64,000 nucleotides of DNA from Rhynchopus sp. YZ270_cl-10 (taxonomy: Eukaryota), in NCBI GenBank assembly GCA_964035575.1, contig OZ037833.1, forward strand, positions 1,178,001 to 1,242,000. The letters run 5' to 3'. Position 1 is the first letter of the stretch, and the number at the start of each line of letters is the position of its first letter. A program made the position numbers and the translations under genes. Below the pieces are notes generated by a model, which was given only the letters and a program-made list of their open reading frames with translations, did not search any database and was not told where the DNA came from. Of the stretch, positions 42,511-54,802 are shown piece after piece.

Positions 42511-45500
42511 AGGTTTCTTAAGGATTTCCTTAAGGGCTGACGCCCCTATTCCCCCCCCCCGCTTCATTTTTTGTGCATAGGATTATTTGGGCACCCGAAT
42601 CCCCCCATTATTTTGTATTTTTTTAAGGGGTGGGAAGGTGACAAATGGGCACCTGGGTGGGGATACTAAATTTTTGTGTCCCCAGCACGCAGATCCTTAG
42701 TAAAGTACAGTCAAATGCTATCCCAGGGGGATAGGTTATCCTGAAATAACCTATCCCAGGGGGATAGCATAACCTATCCCCGGGGATAGCATAACCTATC
42801 CCCGGGGATAGGTTATGCTATCCCCTGGGGGATGGCATATGCTATCCCCAAATATGCTATCCCAGCGAACCTATCCCCATACCCCTAGCCACAGTGTGGC
42901 TCATCAAATAGCTATTGATTTGGGGTATGTCGGTAGGATGGAGATCGGGGTGTGCAATCCGAGATGTGATGGTTTTTTTTTTTTTGTGTTATCAAGCATT
43001 GACGAATAGAAATGGAAAACGACGGATGGTGCGTGCCCGCTTTAGCGTATTGTTTTTCCACTAACATCACTCACATTCATCAGTGAAAAACACAAACCTT
43101 TTGCGGTGCGATAAACGAAAAAGTGTTTTCTTTATTTCATTTAACTGTCATATCCTGAAGTCGTTTTCTATTTTTGGTTCTCCAATGATGATGTTCTGTA
43201 CCTTGGTCCTGGTGTCAGAGAGAACCCCGGAACATTACGAAATAAAACAAAAGCAAAAATGAAAAAATAATTACTATCGATTTTAAAGAAGATCAGATAG
43301 CGAGCTTTTCATGTGTACAACTGTAGTTTCATTGTCGGGGGGAGAGAGGGGGTGTTTTTTCTTCTTGTGCTTTCATCCAGGGCTGGCGTTCGTGGGTCAG
43401 CGGGAGGTGCCTGCATCAATCACTTCACTTTCTTCTTCAGTATCGTGTGTTTTTATGTATAATAGAGGGAGCTACAATTTCATGCAATCTCAATTTTGAT
43501 AATTAAAGAAAAACAAAAAAAATAACGCATTCTTTTGAATGCGATACTCGAATATTTTCTTTTCCCCCTTTTTCAAAGATTCTTCTAAAATTCATAAAAC
43601 CCCCTTTTTCAAGCAGTAGCAGGACACGTTCCTGTCTATTACTCAGCCCATTTTCCCCCCCCCTCCCTTCTTTTTTGGGGAAGTTTGGGTACATTTAGTG
43701 CACCCTATTATGCCTTCTATTCAGTAGAATAGTTAGTATATGAAATAATTCTTCTTTTTTTAAAGATCTTGTAAAGACACCATATTATTGGGACCCCAAA
43801 ACCGCACAAACACCGTGCATAGCAAATCACTATGCACAACAAAAGTGTGCATTTTTTTTTTGGGAGTTTTGTTCTTTTTAAAAGGTTTCAGGTGAATTAA
43901 GTAGAGCTGAAATTCACCTTACAAACTTTCTCTTCCCCCCTTACTAACAATAAAGCACCTTACGTATCCTTATCCTTATGCAAAGCAAAGGGTTTTTGTC
44001 TAAAAAGGGTTATCAGTGCTGAGCCTTCAATTCTTTTCCCTTCATCTCTTTTGATTGGAAAGAGTGTGAAAATTAATTTTTTATCCTCATATGGTACTCC
44101 AGGAGGGGTCGATATTTTGACAGGTCGTTGACCGATTTCCGAGGGGAAAAAAAGCACCGTCATAGTGTTTTGACACTTCCTCCCCTGGGCGAGATATTTT
44201 GAGTTCCAAGTGGCCAGCTACCTGGCTCACCTAGTAGTGCTGGTTATCATGCAGCACACGATGTTCTCTCAAATGCTCCCCAACAACAACAACAAAATTA
44301 AAAAAAAATCGACAGTGGAGCGTGCACAGGTGGCAACTACACTATTCCAACAATTTTTTACTAAAATTAAAAGAGTTGGCAAAAAAAAAAGTGTAGTGGA
44401 GTTCATCCTCGGGTGTCTACACTAATACAACCAAATTTTCAAAAAAAAAAAGGTATTTTTTGAGTTGGCAAAAAGAAAAAGGTAGTAAGGAGCAAACTGC
44501 CTCAAAGCTCTGTACCAAACACAGCCCCTCCCCCCCAACAGTGCTCCTAAGTCTACTCCAGGTTTACTCAGGGTCTATCCATGTTTGGAGTACACGGCTA
44601 TGGTGTTTAGTATGTTCTTCTTCGCAAAGGCATTTTTTCATGGCTGCAATTTTTCCTTCTAAAATCGCTTTCTGCTATTTTTGACAATTCTAAAAAGATT
44701 GGAGGCAGCGCTGCAGGGCAAACAAAACGGATTGAAAAGAACAGAAGCTTGCTTGTTTTCTTTGAGTACTCAAATAACCACAACAACCGTACTTCAGTTT
44801 AACACATTTTTTCACCTTTTTGTTTTCCCGGCTTTGAGCGCACAAACAAAAGACCCGATCTTTTTTTCAAAAGAGACGTCCAAGTTTGGGTACATTTAGT
44901 GCACCCTATTCTATTATACCTTCTATTCAGTAGAATAGTCAGTATATGAAACAAAATAGACGTCCACTCCGAAGAAAAATAGCCCTGAAGGAGATTTTGG
45001 AGCGCCCTCAACCCTTTATTCCCTCTTACATAAAACAGGTATTTGTCTGGTTGCCCACCCGGCCAGAGACAAACTCTGTGAACTTCAAGTTATTTGCTTT
45101 TTTTGAAAACTGGTTTTTTTTTCAAAATATCCTCCCCTGGCTCCTGACCTGCTCCCCCCCCTTTTTTTTGGGGGGTCTTTTCCCCATTATTCCGTTTTGG
45201 TTCTTCGTTCCCTCTCAGACTACCTCTTTCTCCCTCCCATGTGTTCAAGTGAACTATCAAAATAAAAGCTATTTTTTTATTTGAGCAATTGAGTTGAAGC
45301 TTTGTAAGGTACCACGGTGTTTTCATGATGGTCTTACAATCGAGACCTGCGGAAGTCATTTGTGATGGCATTGTTGCCTCTCTTGTGCGCCAATCATATG
45401 CAGCGTAGCTGGGACAAAGAAGTCTCTCCTTCCGCCGTCTGAAATCCTCCCCACTCGTACACAAAGTGGGCTATAGTTCGTTCAGATTTTACCCACGCTA

Positions 45501-45805
45501 AATTAGTTATCAAACACACACACACCCACACATTGGGGCCATATTCTGAGCAAGAATTACCCCTACTAGTTATCAAACACACACACCCACACCTCTCAGT
45601 GGGCCATACTCCGTTCAGGTGTTGCCCACTCTAAATCTGTTGCCAAACATACACCTTTCCACTCCATCTCCCTCCCCCAATATCCCGCACCCAACAGAGA
45701 AGTCGACAACGCGTTCACACTGGAGTCTTAACGCTCCCACCCCCCCATTGGTTTGACGGCTTTTGCCTCTCTCTTACAATCTAGATTTATTATTATTAGA
45801 CTAAA

Positions 45806-47365
45806 ATGGAGCCTGCCGCGGGGGCACGCTCGAAGCGGAATAAGAAAAAGAAGGCCCGGAAGAAGGCCGCCCCGCTGAAGGATTTGACACCTCCGCCACC
45901 CACACCGCCACCACCACCCAGCACAAACCTGCTCGACGCTGAGGTGGTGTCAGAGTCAGGCTCGCTCTCCCCTTCTCCTATCGCAAAGAAGACCATCCCC
46001 CCAGCACTGAGCAGCCATGCAGGGTTGAAAGCTGTCACATCCCCTCCACGACGGGCGACCATTGTACTGGATGAGTTGATCTCCCCGCCTATGCGCGTTG
46101 TCTCCGATTCCGATGGAGAAAAACGCAAACGCAAGGACACCACCACCACCGTGGACGAGGATCTTGGCGGGCGAAGATTCTCACGAAGCGACAACAGCTC
46201 CCAGGGGTATGAGTCAGGACGGTTTGTGGAGGGGGACCCTTCCATGCGGCGGGTCCGCAGTGCACATGCTATGGAGTACACTACTATGTCTGCCGCAAGC
46301 AGTGAGGAGTCTGCACTGCATTCCTTTACGTATCCTCGCAATATAGGTTTAGAAAGGTTTGAGTACGGAGAGCCGGATACATCTGACGCTTCGCAAGCCA
46401 CCGTACTAAAACGTCCCCTCCTCGCTCGCGACCAGCTTCGTATGCGATCTCTTCGCGACCGTACTCAAGGTCGTATAAAACGCAGTCAATCTACAGGGCA
46501 GCTCCCAGAACGTAGAGTAGCCTTCTTCGCTGCGCCGTATTCAGAGGAGACGCGGACGCTTCTCCGTCAAAGAACGAATTCGCATTTTTTGCCTTCGTCG
46601 CTTCCGTTAAAATCAATTGAAACGCAAAAGAAGCGGGTCATGGCGGTGCGTGTAGTAGGCTTTATGATTCAAATGTTATTGTCAATGGCCGTTATTTATA
46701 CCTCATTTGCGAATATTCAGTTGATCATGTATTGGAATCCGTACGTCAAGGTGACACAGTTTGCAGGCCGCATGCTTTTCCCCTTCATCAACGCTGCCTT
46801 TGGGATTACTGCAGCAGACTACACACTGTGGATGGGGAGCCAGCTTGGGTACTACCGTGCCCTGGGGCGGTTCTCTGGGACGTATAGGAAGTTGATCGAG
46901 CAAAGTAGGGTTCCACAAGGGGATAGTGCAGTGGAGTTTATTCTGAATCAGCTGCATTGGTTGTTCGATTTTTTGTATTTTCCGACCGAGCATTTGGCGC
47001 TGGTGGAGTGGGAGGCTGTTGTCTTCGGGATTAAGAGCAAGCTCTTCTTCGAAAGGATCAACGCAGTAGTGTGGTATTGGCGGCAGGTCTTCATGGTCTG
47101 CCTGCTGCTGTGCTCATTCTATTATGAGTCTCTAGGGCTCGATGCGTTTCCTGCTACAGTCTACTTCATCTCTGTGATAGCAGACCTCTGCTGCGCGTAC
47201 GCCTTCCTCCCGCTTGCAAAGCGCCGTCCACACCACCCCACGGAATACCTCAAATCCTGGTGTGTTACACGTACCTTTACCCTCGGTCTTGGCCTTCACG
47301 GATTTCTCGGAGTTACAGAAGGACTTTGCCAACTCGCGCTTCGATGGGTTTTTACTTATTCATAA
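45806..47365 (+). CDS. PEX11-like (gamma-type) membrane protein with long disordered N-terminal extension
   Basis: C-terminal half has R..GRF, LYFPTEHLA, ADLCCAYAFLP and GFLG motifs resembling PEX11-gamma; first ~275 aa basic and Pro/Ser-rich. Confidence 0.6.
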   Translation: MEPAAGARSKRNKKKKARKKAAPLKDLTPPPPTPPPPPSTNLLDAEVVSESGSLSPSPIAKKTIPPALSSHAGLKAVTSPPRRATIVLDELISPPMRVVSDSDGEKRKRKDTTTTVDEDLGGRRFSRSDNSSQGYESGRFVEGDPSMRRVRSAHAMEYTTMSAASSEESALHSFTYPRNIGLERFEYGEPDTSDASQATVLKRPLLARDQLRMRSLRDRTQGRIKRSQSTGQLPERRVAFFAAPYSEETRTLLRQRTNSHFLPSSLPLKSIETQKKRVMAVRVVGFMIQMLLSMAVIYTSFANIQLIMYWNPYVKVTQFAGRMLFPFINAAFGITAADYTLWMGSQLGYYRALGRFSGTYRKLIEQSRVPQGDSAVEFILNQLHWLFDFLYFPTEHLALVEWEAVVFGIKSKLFFERINAVVWYWRQVFMVCLLLCSFYYESLGLDAFPATVYFISVIADLCCAYAFLPLAKRRPHHPTEYLKSWCVTRTFTLGLGLHGFLGVTEGLCQLALRWVFTYS

Positions 47366-50300
47366 AGCGAGAAAAGGAGGAGGGAGTAAGAGGGAGAGAA
47401 GAGGGAGCATCGAAGGCTGTCTGTGTTAAATGAACAGAGAGTTTCTTTGTGGTCCTTTTTTCTCCAAATGTTAATCTCAAAAAAAAAAAAAAAAAAATGG
47501 ATGGAGGATTATGCATGGTTTGGGGTACCACCCTGGGGTACATCCCGGTTATTGTACCACACAGTGCGCTGGTCAGAGGATACGTGGTCATTTTACCAGG
47601 TAATATGCTCCTGGTCAGACCTCTGACCCACTGTGCAAGGTAACACTGTTCATAATCGGGCTGTTGTATTTCACGGCAACATTTTTTAGGCTAAGATCAA
47701 ATACGTTATCAGTTCTGATCATCTGACTAAGAGTGCCTTAATATCAACAAGAGGGGATGGAAAGGTGGTGGGGAGAGGGAGAGGGGAGGGGAGGAGGGAA
47801 GGTGTTCAGTTAAGCGTAAGGCGTCTATCGTTTGATTCTAAAACCCTACAGTGTGTGGAAGCCCCCCCCCTTTTTTTTTATGTAAACTCTACGAAATGTA
47901 TTGTAGGACTGCATGATTGGGTGTCCACCCCACGGTACAGCCGGTCATTGTACTAAAGGTACACTGTTTACGAGAGGGCTTTGTATTTCAACCCTACTTT
48001 TTTTTTTTTGTGTTGTACAAATACTAAACACCACCAATAGTCTTTTGACATTGGTATACTAGGAGTATTTCCCTCCCCCCCCGCTTTTTTTAAATCAGTT
48101 TTTTTTCTACTTTACCTCCCCCCGAGGGAGTCAATATTTCCCCGAGTGCCCGCAGGCACCTTCCAGGGCTGCATCTTAATTTTCTCCGGCGCCTTTTTTC
48201 ATTATATTTTTTCTCCGCAAAAAAGGGTTTGTTGAGTGGTGTAAAAAGCAGAATTTTTACACACCCTACTTAACCATTTATTCAAAGTGACTACGCACGA
48301 GAGGCTTAGTATCATCTTATAAAACTTTTCTTTCAAAATGACCCACCGTTGCAACAGACCCTGCTTCTGGAAGACGTATTGATTTTTTATACCGTCAATG
48401 ACACATAACATAGTGGGAGCGTTCTTCCTATCCTGCCGTTGCGTCATTCTCACGCCACGCGTCTGCCCACAGAAGGCCTTTTTGTTTTTTTATATACTTC
48501 AAGAGGTACGTGTCGTTTGTGCACAGAGAGACACATGCATATCAAGGATTTTTTTTCTTCTCGCACTCCTTGACACATCATTAATACTAAAGGCCCTTCC
48601 TGTGAGGCAATGTGTAGGGTGGGAATGGTCTTTTTTTTCTTTGTTCTTTCATCCGAGGCTGGCATAAGATCAATTGGAGCTAGGAGGTTGCCTCAATAGT
48701 CACCATTTCCCCCTTTATTTCGTCGGCATCCTTGTTGTTCGTACGTTCTATCACACGCCCTCCACATTACCAAAGGGACTGGACAGCCTTTTTTTTTTTG
48801 CCAAACCCTGTTAGATATTTAGAAAGTCCCATATTGTGTATCATGCATTAGAAGGCATGGTTATCTTTTCAAACCTTTGTTTTATGTTTTTTACGTTTTT
48901 TTACCAAATACACCAAACGTTCTATTGCAAGACGTACGTACGCACACGCGGTCCTCTTGCAAATGATTTCTTTTTCTTTTTCTTTTTTTTTTTTTTTTGA
49001 TAAAGGAGCCTAAACACCGTTGAGGCTTAGGTTCATCTTATAAACTTTTTTTTTTTTTTTTTTAAATCTGCTCTGCAACTCTTGTGACTCCCCCTGGACC
49101 TATCCCGACAATGGAGTGACGTCGCAAGGTGAGGGAGTCAACTGTGTTCACAATTCGTGGGTCTACAACACACCCTTCCCCCGTTTTTGTGTGTGTTTTT
49201 TTTCCCCTCTTTTCCTTTTAGATGGTTATGTGTGAGCGTGTGTACCAATGTAACAATCAGGTATGGGTTACTTCCCCGTACAAAGTGGTGTCAATCCACA
49301 GAGCGGTATCAATACGGTGGTGTTTCGCACCCCCCTGATTTTTACCGAGTTGGGTATTAACAAGGTCACGCCGTTACCTCATTGCGTTTTTTTTGTTAAA
49401 TTGTTGACAAAAACTCCATCTTTTGATTGAAAATATCATCTTAATCAATACTTCTTGACAACATTTTACTAGTATATTGTCAGCCACCACTTCTGCGAAT
49501 CTCACATGCATTTTTTGTTAAAAAAAAGGAGGGCCCTTTTTCTATGCTCCACGTTATCCATTTCCCCCCCCCGTTTCTTAACTTTTTTATTCATTTGCAA
49601 TGTGACACCCCCCCTTTTTTTCCGTAACAACGACCCCCTTTTTTTACCGAAAAAGGCAGGGGAAAAAACCCCACATAAACACCCCTTTCCCTCTCCCTCT
49701 GCCCCCTTCCCTAGCAACCATCCATGGGTGGAGTGGCTTTACCACTTCCCATGCTATCCATCTATCCAACCCAGTGTTCAAGGTGTGTGCTGCATTTGTC
49801 TCACTGTAGCCAGACCAGGCACGTCCATGCTAGTTTCAAAAGCTTGTTACCGTACCCCGTTTGTTAGCGACAGTTTCGTTTGTACCCTACTTTTTATTTT
49901 GCAAAAAAAAAAACAAAACAAAAGATTTTTTTCAATAGAGGAGACGACGCTGGACAAAACTCCATCTTTAGTTTGAAAATATCAGTTTGTACACTTCCCA
50001 TGCCACATAAGGCTTTATGTAGGCAAGATTGTACCTCTCGTATTTATCTTCCGAGTGTCGAAAAACACCCGGGTGTTTGCACCCTGCAGGCATTAAGTCT
50101 GTCTGAGCAACCATTTTCCCCGAAAGAATGGAGGTGAGAGTGCATCATGCTGTATTCTTCTATGAAATTGAAACTATACGAATTTAATTAAAATTTTGGG
50201 AGGTGGGCTTCTGGTGAGGCGGTCCCCCCCTCTTGTTCATTACGGCGTGGGTAGGACTACGTGGTATCAATGTGTTCACATTTTATGTATTTAGCTGCTA

Positions 50301-51824
50301 GTTAACTACACGGCGACCTTGTAACGAATGTGATCAAGGTGACTATGCACGAGAGGCTTATGCTCAGCTTACAAACTTTTCCTCTGTAAGTGACATGACA
50401 TGCTGCATACATGATACATACCATGTTACAATGACATGAAAATGACATGAAAAAGCATGGTAATTGTCACATGACATGCTATATCATGTCATATGACATG
50501 CTTTTGTGAGTTAAGGAAATTCCACCAAAAAAATTCATAACAAAATGCATGGCACATGACATGCTTTATCATATCATTTGGTGTGGCTGAAGGGAGCGAT
50601 AGTGCTATTTTTGTGCTATTTTTTCATCATTTTTTTTTTCTCTTTCGCATGCCATTGTTTGTCACGTCGTTTTAACATACTATGATCGCCATGGTACACA
50701 AGGTCGCCGTGTACTAAAATAGCCCCCCACCCAGATGCTACACTATTCCATGCAGACCCATGCGAATAGTGTGCGCTGTGGTAAAGGGGTCGGGGGACAT
50801 CCCCTACCCACACCCCCCCTGTGCAGTTGCTCTCATGTGTGGCCTTAGTATTCTGTTCGCCCTGCAACACCCCTTGCCCCTCCTCACCCCCTTTCCTAGG
50901 GAGGGAACAGCCGTCTCAGGTATCAATTCCAACCCCTTCCCCCCCACCTGCCTGTGGTCAGCTTTCTAAGCACACCCACTTGGTGTGAGTGCCCCTCATA
51001 GCATGTATCATGGTGAAGTAGGTGATGGTTTTATTGTTGGCTTACGGTATGCCAACGGTGAAACAAACCACAAGGAAAACTACAAGTTCAGTCATTTACT
51101 TCATCGTTGTGTGAGGAAAGCATCGAGCACTAGGCTGTGTGATGAAGTGCTAAAGGCAGCAGTGGTGGGGTGTGTTGTGACGTGTTTTGCTGATGGCAGA
51201 ATACAGTTTGTTGTGTTCTGCTGTGAGTGAAATGTGTAGAAGAATAATGCACAATGTAGTTATCATTGGGGTTGGTTTTGATTTACGTTTTGTGTTTTGT
51301 GCTTGTTTTTTTTTTGAGATCGCGTAACTTTCCCCCTTTTTCTTTGTATTATCATTCACAGATGCTGTGCGCCAGAGGCAACAACCATCTAGTTTTTCTT
51401 CTTTTATTTTTTCTCAAATGCTTTCTGTGCTTTCTCCCTGAATTGAAAGCACACGAATTTAATTCCTTTTTTTTTAAGCTGTCCCCGTGTGGAATAACAC
51501 AGGGACATAAAGGGAAAGTAAGCCGCGACTCTCAATAGGAGGAGGTGAATTGGGCGTTGCAGTGTGTGTGTGTGTGTGTGTGTATGTGTGTGTTTGATAA
51601 CTAATAGGGGTAATTCTTGTGCAGAATATGGCCTCAATGTGTGTGTGTGTGCGTCGTTACAATACGAACGATAAAAGTCAAACGAAGCAAAAACTCGAAA
51701 AGAGAACTGTGTTGAAAACCTCTGCAAATGGCTTGTTTCCCCTTCCCTCTCCCCTCTCTGCTGTCACTACCTTCCCCCTCTCACCATTGCACCAGATTTG
51801 TATGCTGTAATAAACACAACGACG

Positions 51825-53957
51825 ATGAAGCTCCTCCCGCAGCTCCTCACAGCGTTGTTTGCCTGCGGACATGCGCACAAGATGAATGTGTGTTCGTCCA
51901 CAGCCGCGTCGCAGCCAGGGACGGTGACGTTCTGGTTCTCAACCTATGCGCACGTCTCGAATGTGATGCCTGGCGCACGAGGTCACATCAAGGCGCCCAC
52001 TGGAGTGGTCACGACCGCGCCGTTTGCGAATCCGTGCATCGTGGCAGCTCGTGTGTCGTCTGCAGGGCTGACGGTGTCGGATCTCGCAGACACGATTGCG
52101 GCAAACTGTCCTTCGAGTGCATACCCCGCAGACAGCACCCTGACCTGCTACGACGCAGGCAGCGTCGAACTGTACGCAGTCGGGCGCACCGGGTCCGAGA
52201 CACCGCACACATGCCTCACGCAAGGGGGTGTGGTCGCGTCCATTGCAGTATGGTACTCTGTTGTTGTGGGGTCAGCTGTGTCCGGATCATACGAGGTGTG
52301 GACCACAGGTACCGGAGACGTGCTGGACCCTGGGCTTGGGCCAGACCTGCCTGACCCGTGCTCGATGGATGCTTCGCGCCACTTCTTCCTGCCGTTGAGT
52401 GTCGCTGTGGGGAGTGCTGTGTGCACAACGCAGCCCGAGAACGTGTCCGCGAATGTCGTTCCAGAATCGCTGCTGCAATGCAACGGGGGGGAACACGACA
52501 TTCCTGTGGGCACGCAGTGCAATGTGCAGTGCGAGTCAGGCTACAGGCCTGTGGGAGACCTAGTGTGCGAGGAGGACCCAACGAACAGTAGCCTCGCTGA
52601 CTGGTCGACGTCGTTCTCGTGTGTGGCGCAGACCTGTGGCCTGCCGGACAGTGGGAACAACGCAGCCATCTCGTCCATGATAGCCGGTGTGTCGCTGCCG
52701 TGCACACGCTTCACGCCTGCTGGCGCGGAGTGCGAGTTTGTGTGCCTTGCCCCGTCAGGTCTGGTAGGTGTTGGGCACATTGCCTGCGACGGGATGGGTG
52801 CCTGGCAGCCCGGCTCCAACTACGAAGGGTGTGTGGCGTTCACGCCGGAGCCAACAGCTTCCCCATCGACCCCTGTCCCGGACACGACCGCACCCCCCAC
52901 ACCGTCGCCACCAACCAGCGCACCCCCAACACCTGCACCGCCAACCTCTGCACCACCCACACCAGTCCCAGACACACCTGCACCCACACAGTGCACTGCC
53001 CCAGACACGGCACCCCTCACATGCGAGGCGACAGCGTCACGTGAGTGTGCATGGCGTGTGGTGCAGTCTGGCCGCCTCCTGGCTGTTGGGTTCTCTGCAG
53101 ACGGGAGCCGTGTTGCAACAGGGAGCGACGACGGGGTGCGTGTGTACGACAGCACGACTGGGGTGCAGGTGGCGAAGCTGGCGTGTGCAGACTTTGCGTC
53201 GCACGACGTGACGTTCTCGAGCGACGGAGCACGTGTTGCTGTGGGTGGTGCTGGTGGGCGTGTTGTTGTGTGCGACGCTGTGACGGGGGAGCTCGAGGTG
53301 ACGCTGATGGACATGCGTGCGGTGGGGAGTGTGCCGGTGCGCCGTGTGCGCTTCACGCCCGACGCACGCTTCCTTGTTGTGAGCGGTGGTGGGAGCGACA
53401 TGCGCACACGTGTGTTTGACGTGATGTCGGGTTCGCTGGAGCCGGAGATTGTGATCCACAAGCACGCACGCGAGGTGGCGTTCTCTGCAGACGGGGCGCT
53501 GCTGGCCACGTCGTGGGGCACGGAGGTGGACGAGGTTGTGACGGTGTGGCGTGTGCAGAACGGTGCCAAGGTGGCGGAGCTGCCGTCGCGGTTTGCACGT
53601 GTGACGGCACTGTCGTTCTCTGCGTCTGGCGACGAGTTGCTGCGTGGGATGGACGACGGGACAGTGCGCATGAGCAAGTGGGCCGGCGGGGCTGTGGGCG
53701 AGGGTGCGGTGACGGAGCGCCTTGTGCTTGAGACGCAGACGAAGACTGTGTTTGACGCTCGGCACTCGCCAAACGGGGCACTGCTTGCTGCTGTCGGGGA
53801 GGGTGAGGTGACGGTGTGGCGTGCGGCTGGGAGTGTGGCACACCAGCTCTACGGGCACACGCGTGCAGGGCTCCCGCGTCTCGCGTTCTCACCTGACAGC
53901 ACACGCCTTGCCACAGCAAGCCACGACGGCACGCTGCTTCTGTGGGATCTTCTGTAG
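51825..53957 (+). CDS. Predicted secreted protein: Cys-rich/Sushi-like modules, PT linker, C-terminal WD40 propeller
   Basis: Signal-like N-terminus, CxVxCxxGY and CEFVC modules, PPTSAP repeats, FSxDG..A.G repeats ending LLLWD. Confidence 0.8.
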   Translation: MKLLPQLLTALFACGHAHKMNVCSSTAASQPGTVTFWFSTYAHVSNVMPGARGHIKAPTGVVTTAPFANPCIVAARVSSAGLTVSDLADTIAANCPSSAYPADSTLTCYDAGSVELYAVGRTGSETPHTCLTQGGVVASIAVWYSVVVGSAVSGSYEVWTTGTGDVLDPGLGPDLPDPCSMDASRHFFLPLSVAVGSAVCTTQPENVSANVVPESLLQCNGGEHDIPVGTQCNVQCESGYRPVGDLVCEEDPTNSSLADWSTSFSCVAQTCGLPDSGNNAAISSMIAGVSLPCTRFTPAGAECEFVCLAPSGLVGVGHIACDGMGAWQPGSNYEGCVAFTPEPTASPSTPVPDTTAPPTPSPPTSAPPTPAPPTSAPPTPVPDTPAPTQCTAPDTAPLTCEATASRECAWRVVQSGRLLAVGFSADGSRVATGSDDGVRVYDSTTGVQVAKLACADFASHDVTFSSDGARVAVGGAGGRVVVCDAVTGELEVTLMDMRAVGSVPVRRVRFTPDARFLVVSGGGSDMRTRVFDVMSGSLEPEIVIHKHAREVAFSADGALLATSWGTEVDEVVTVWRVQNGAKVAELPSRFARVTALSFSASGDELLRGMDDGTVRMSKWAGGAVGEGAVTERLVLETQTKTVFDARHSPNGALLAAVGEGEVTVWRAAGSVAHQLYGHTRAGLPRLAFSPDSTRLATASHDGTLLLWDLL

Positions 53958-54669
53958 GTCTCTGCAGAGGACCTACTCAACTACTGACCCCCTATACCTA
54001 TGCTTTCAATTTATTGAATGCATATGTTGAAATACTAAATAGAAACCCGGATCATCAATGCTGGCCTGTACTCCACCGAGATACAACGATCCTATCCTCC
54101 TAGCATTCTGTTCTCTTCCCACATGGGTCGGGTGTGTATGTGGTTTTTGTTTTTTGTGCTGCTTGTGTTCGCAGAGGCATTTGCACCTACATTGCCCACA
54201 TTTTTTTTTTTTTTTTTTTTTGTTGATAATCCCGAGATACACGTTCATCTTTCCATTTTCCTTGTTTTTTTATTTTTTATAGCATGTGAATAAAAATCGT
54301 GGCGGCTATCTTGGCATAGTCGTCTCAAGTCAAAATCAAAAAAGAGTATAGCTTGTGGTGACCCCCCCCGAAAATGCTGGCGGGGACCCTGACGGTTCCA
54401 TTGCCAACTTTCTATTTCCTCCGCTCTAGAACGTCATTTGCCCTTTCTTTTTGATTTGAACTATTTTTTTTCTTCCATTTGTTCGAAACCAGAGTTTCCC
54501 CCCCTTTTGAAATGATTCAAAAGATAGATCGTAGAATGCAATGCATATCAATGTGAAACACACCGAAATCCATTCTCCCTCCCTCCCCTCCGCTCCGCTC
54601 CCCCCCCTTTTTTGTCCTTATTCCTTTACCATCAGAGTTACTATTTTTTGTCCTTATTTGTCGCACTGG

Positions 54670-54802
<133 letters not shown>

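Larger units (their letters stand above)
37418..42896. mobile_element. CACTA/EnSpm-type non-autonomous element (CACTG...CAGTG, TG TSD, ~300-bp inverted arms)
   Basis: 37418-~37718 is the reverse complement of ~42549-42896; subterminal GGGATAGGTTA/GGGATAGCAT repeats; TG at 37416-37417 and 42897-42898. Confidence 0.85.

Noticed and set aside
50391..50576. CATGA-rich stretch
   Set aside because: Simple degenerate 5-mer repeat with no further structure.
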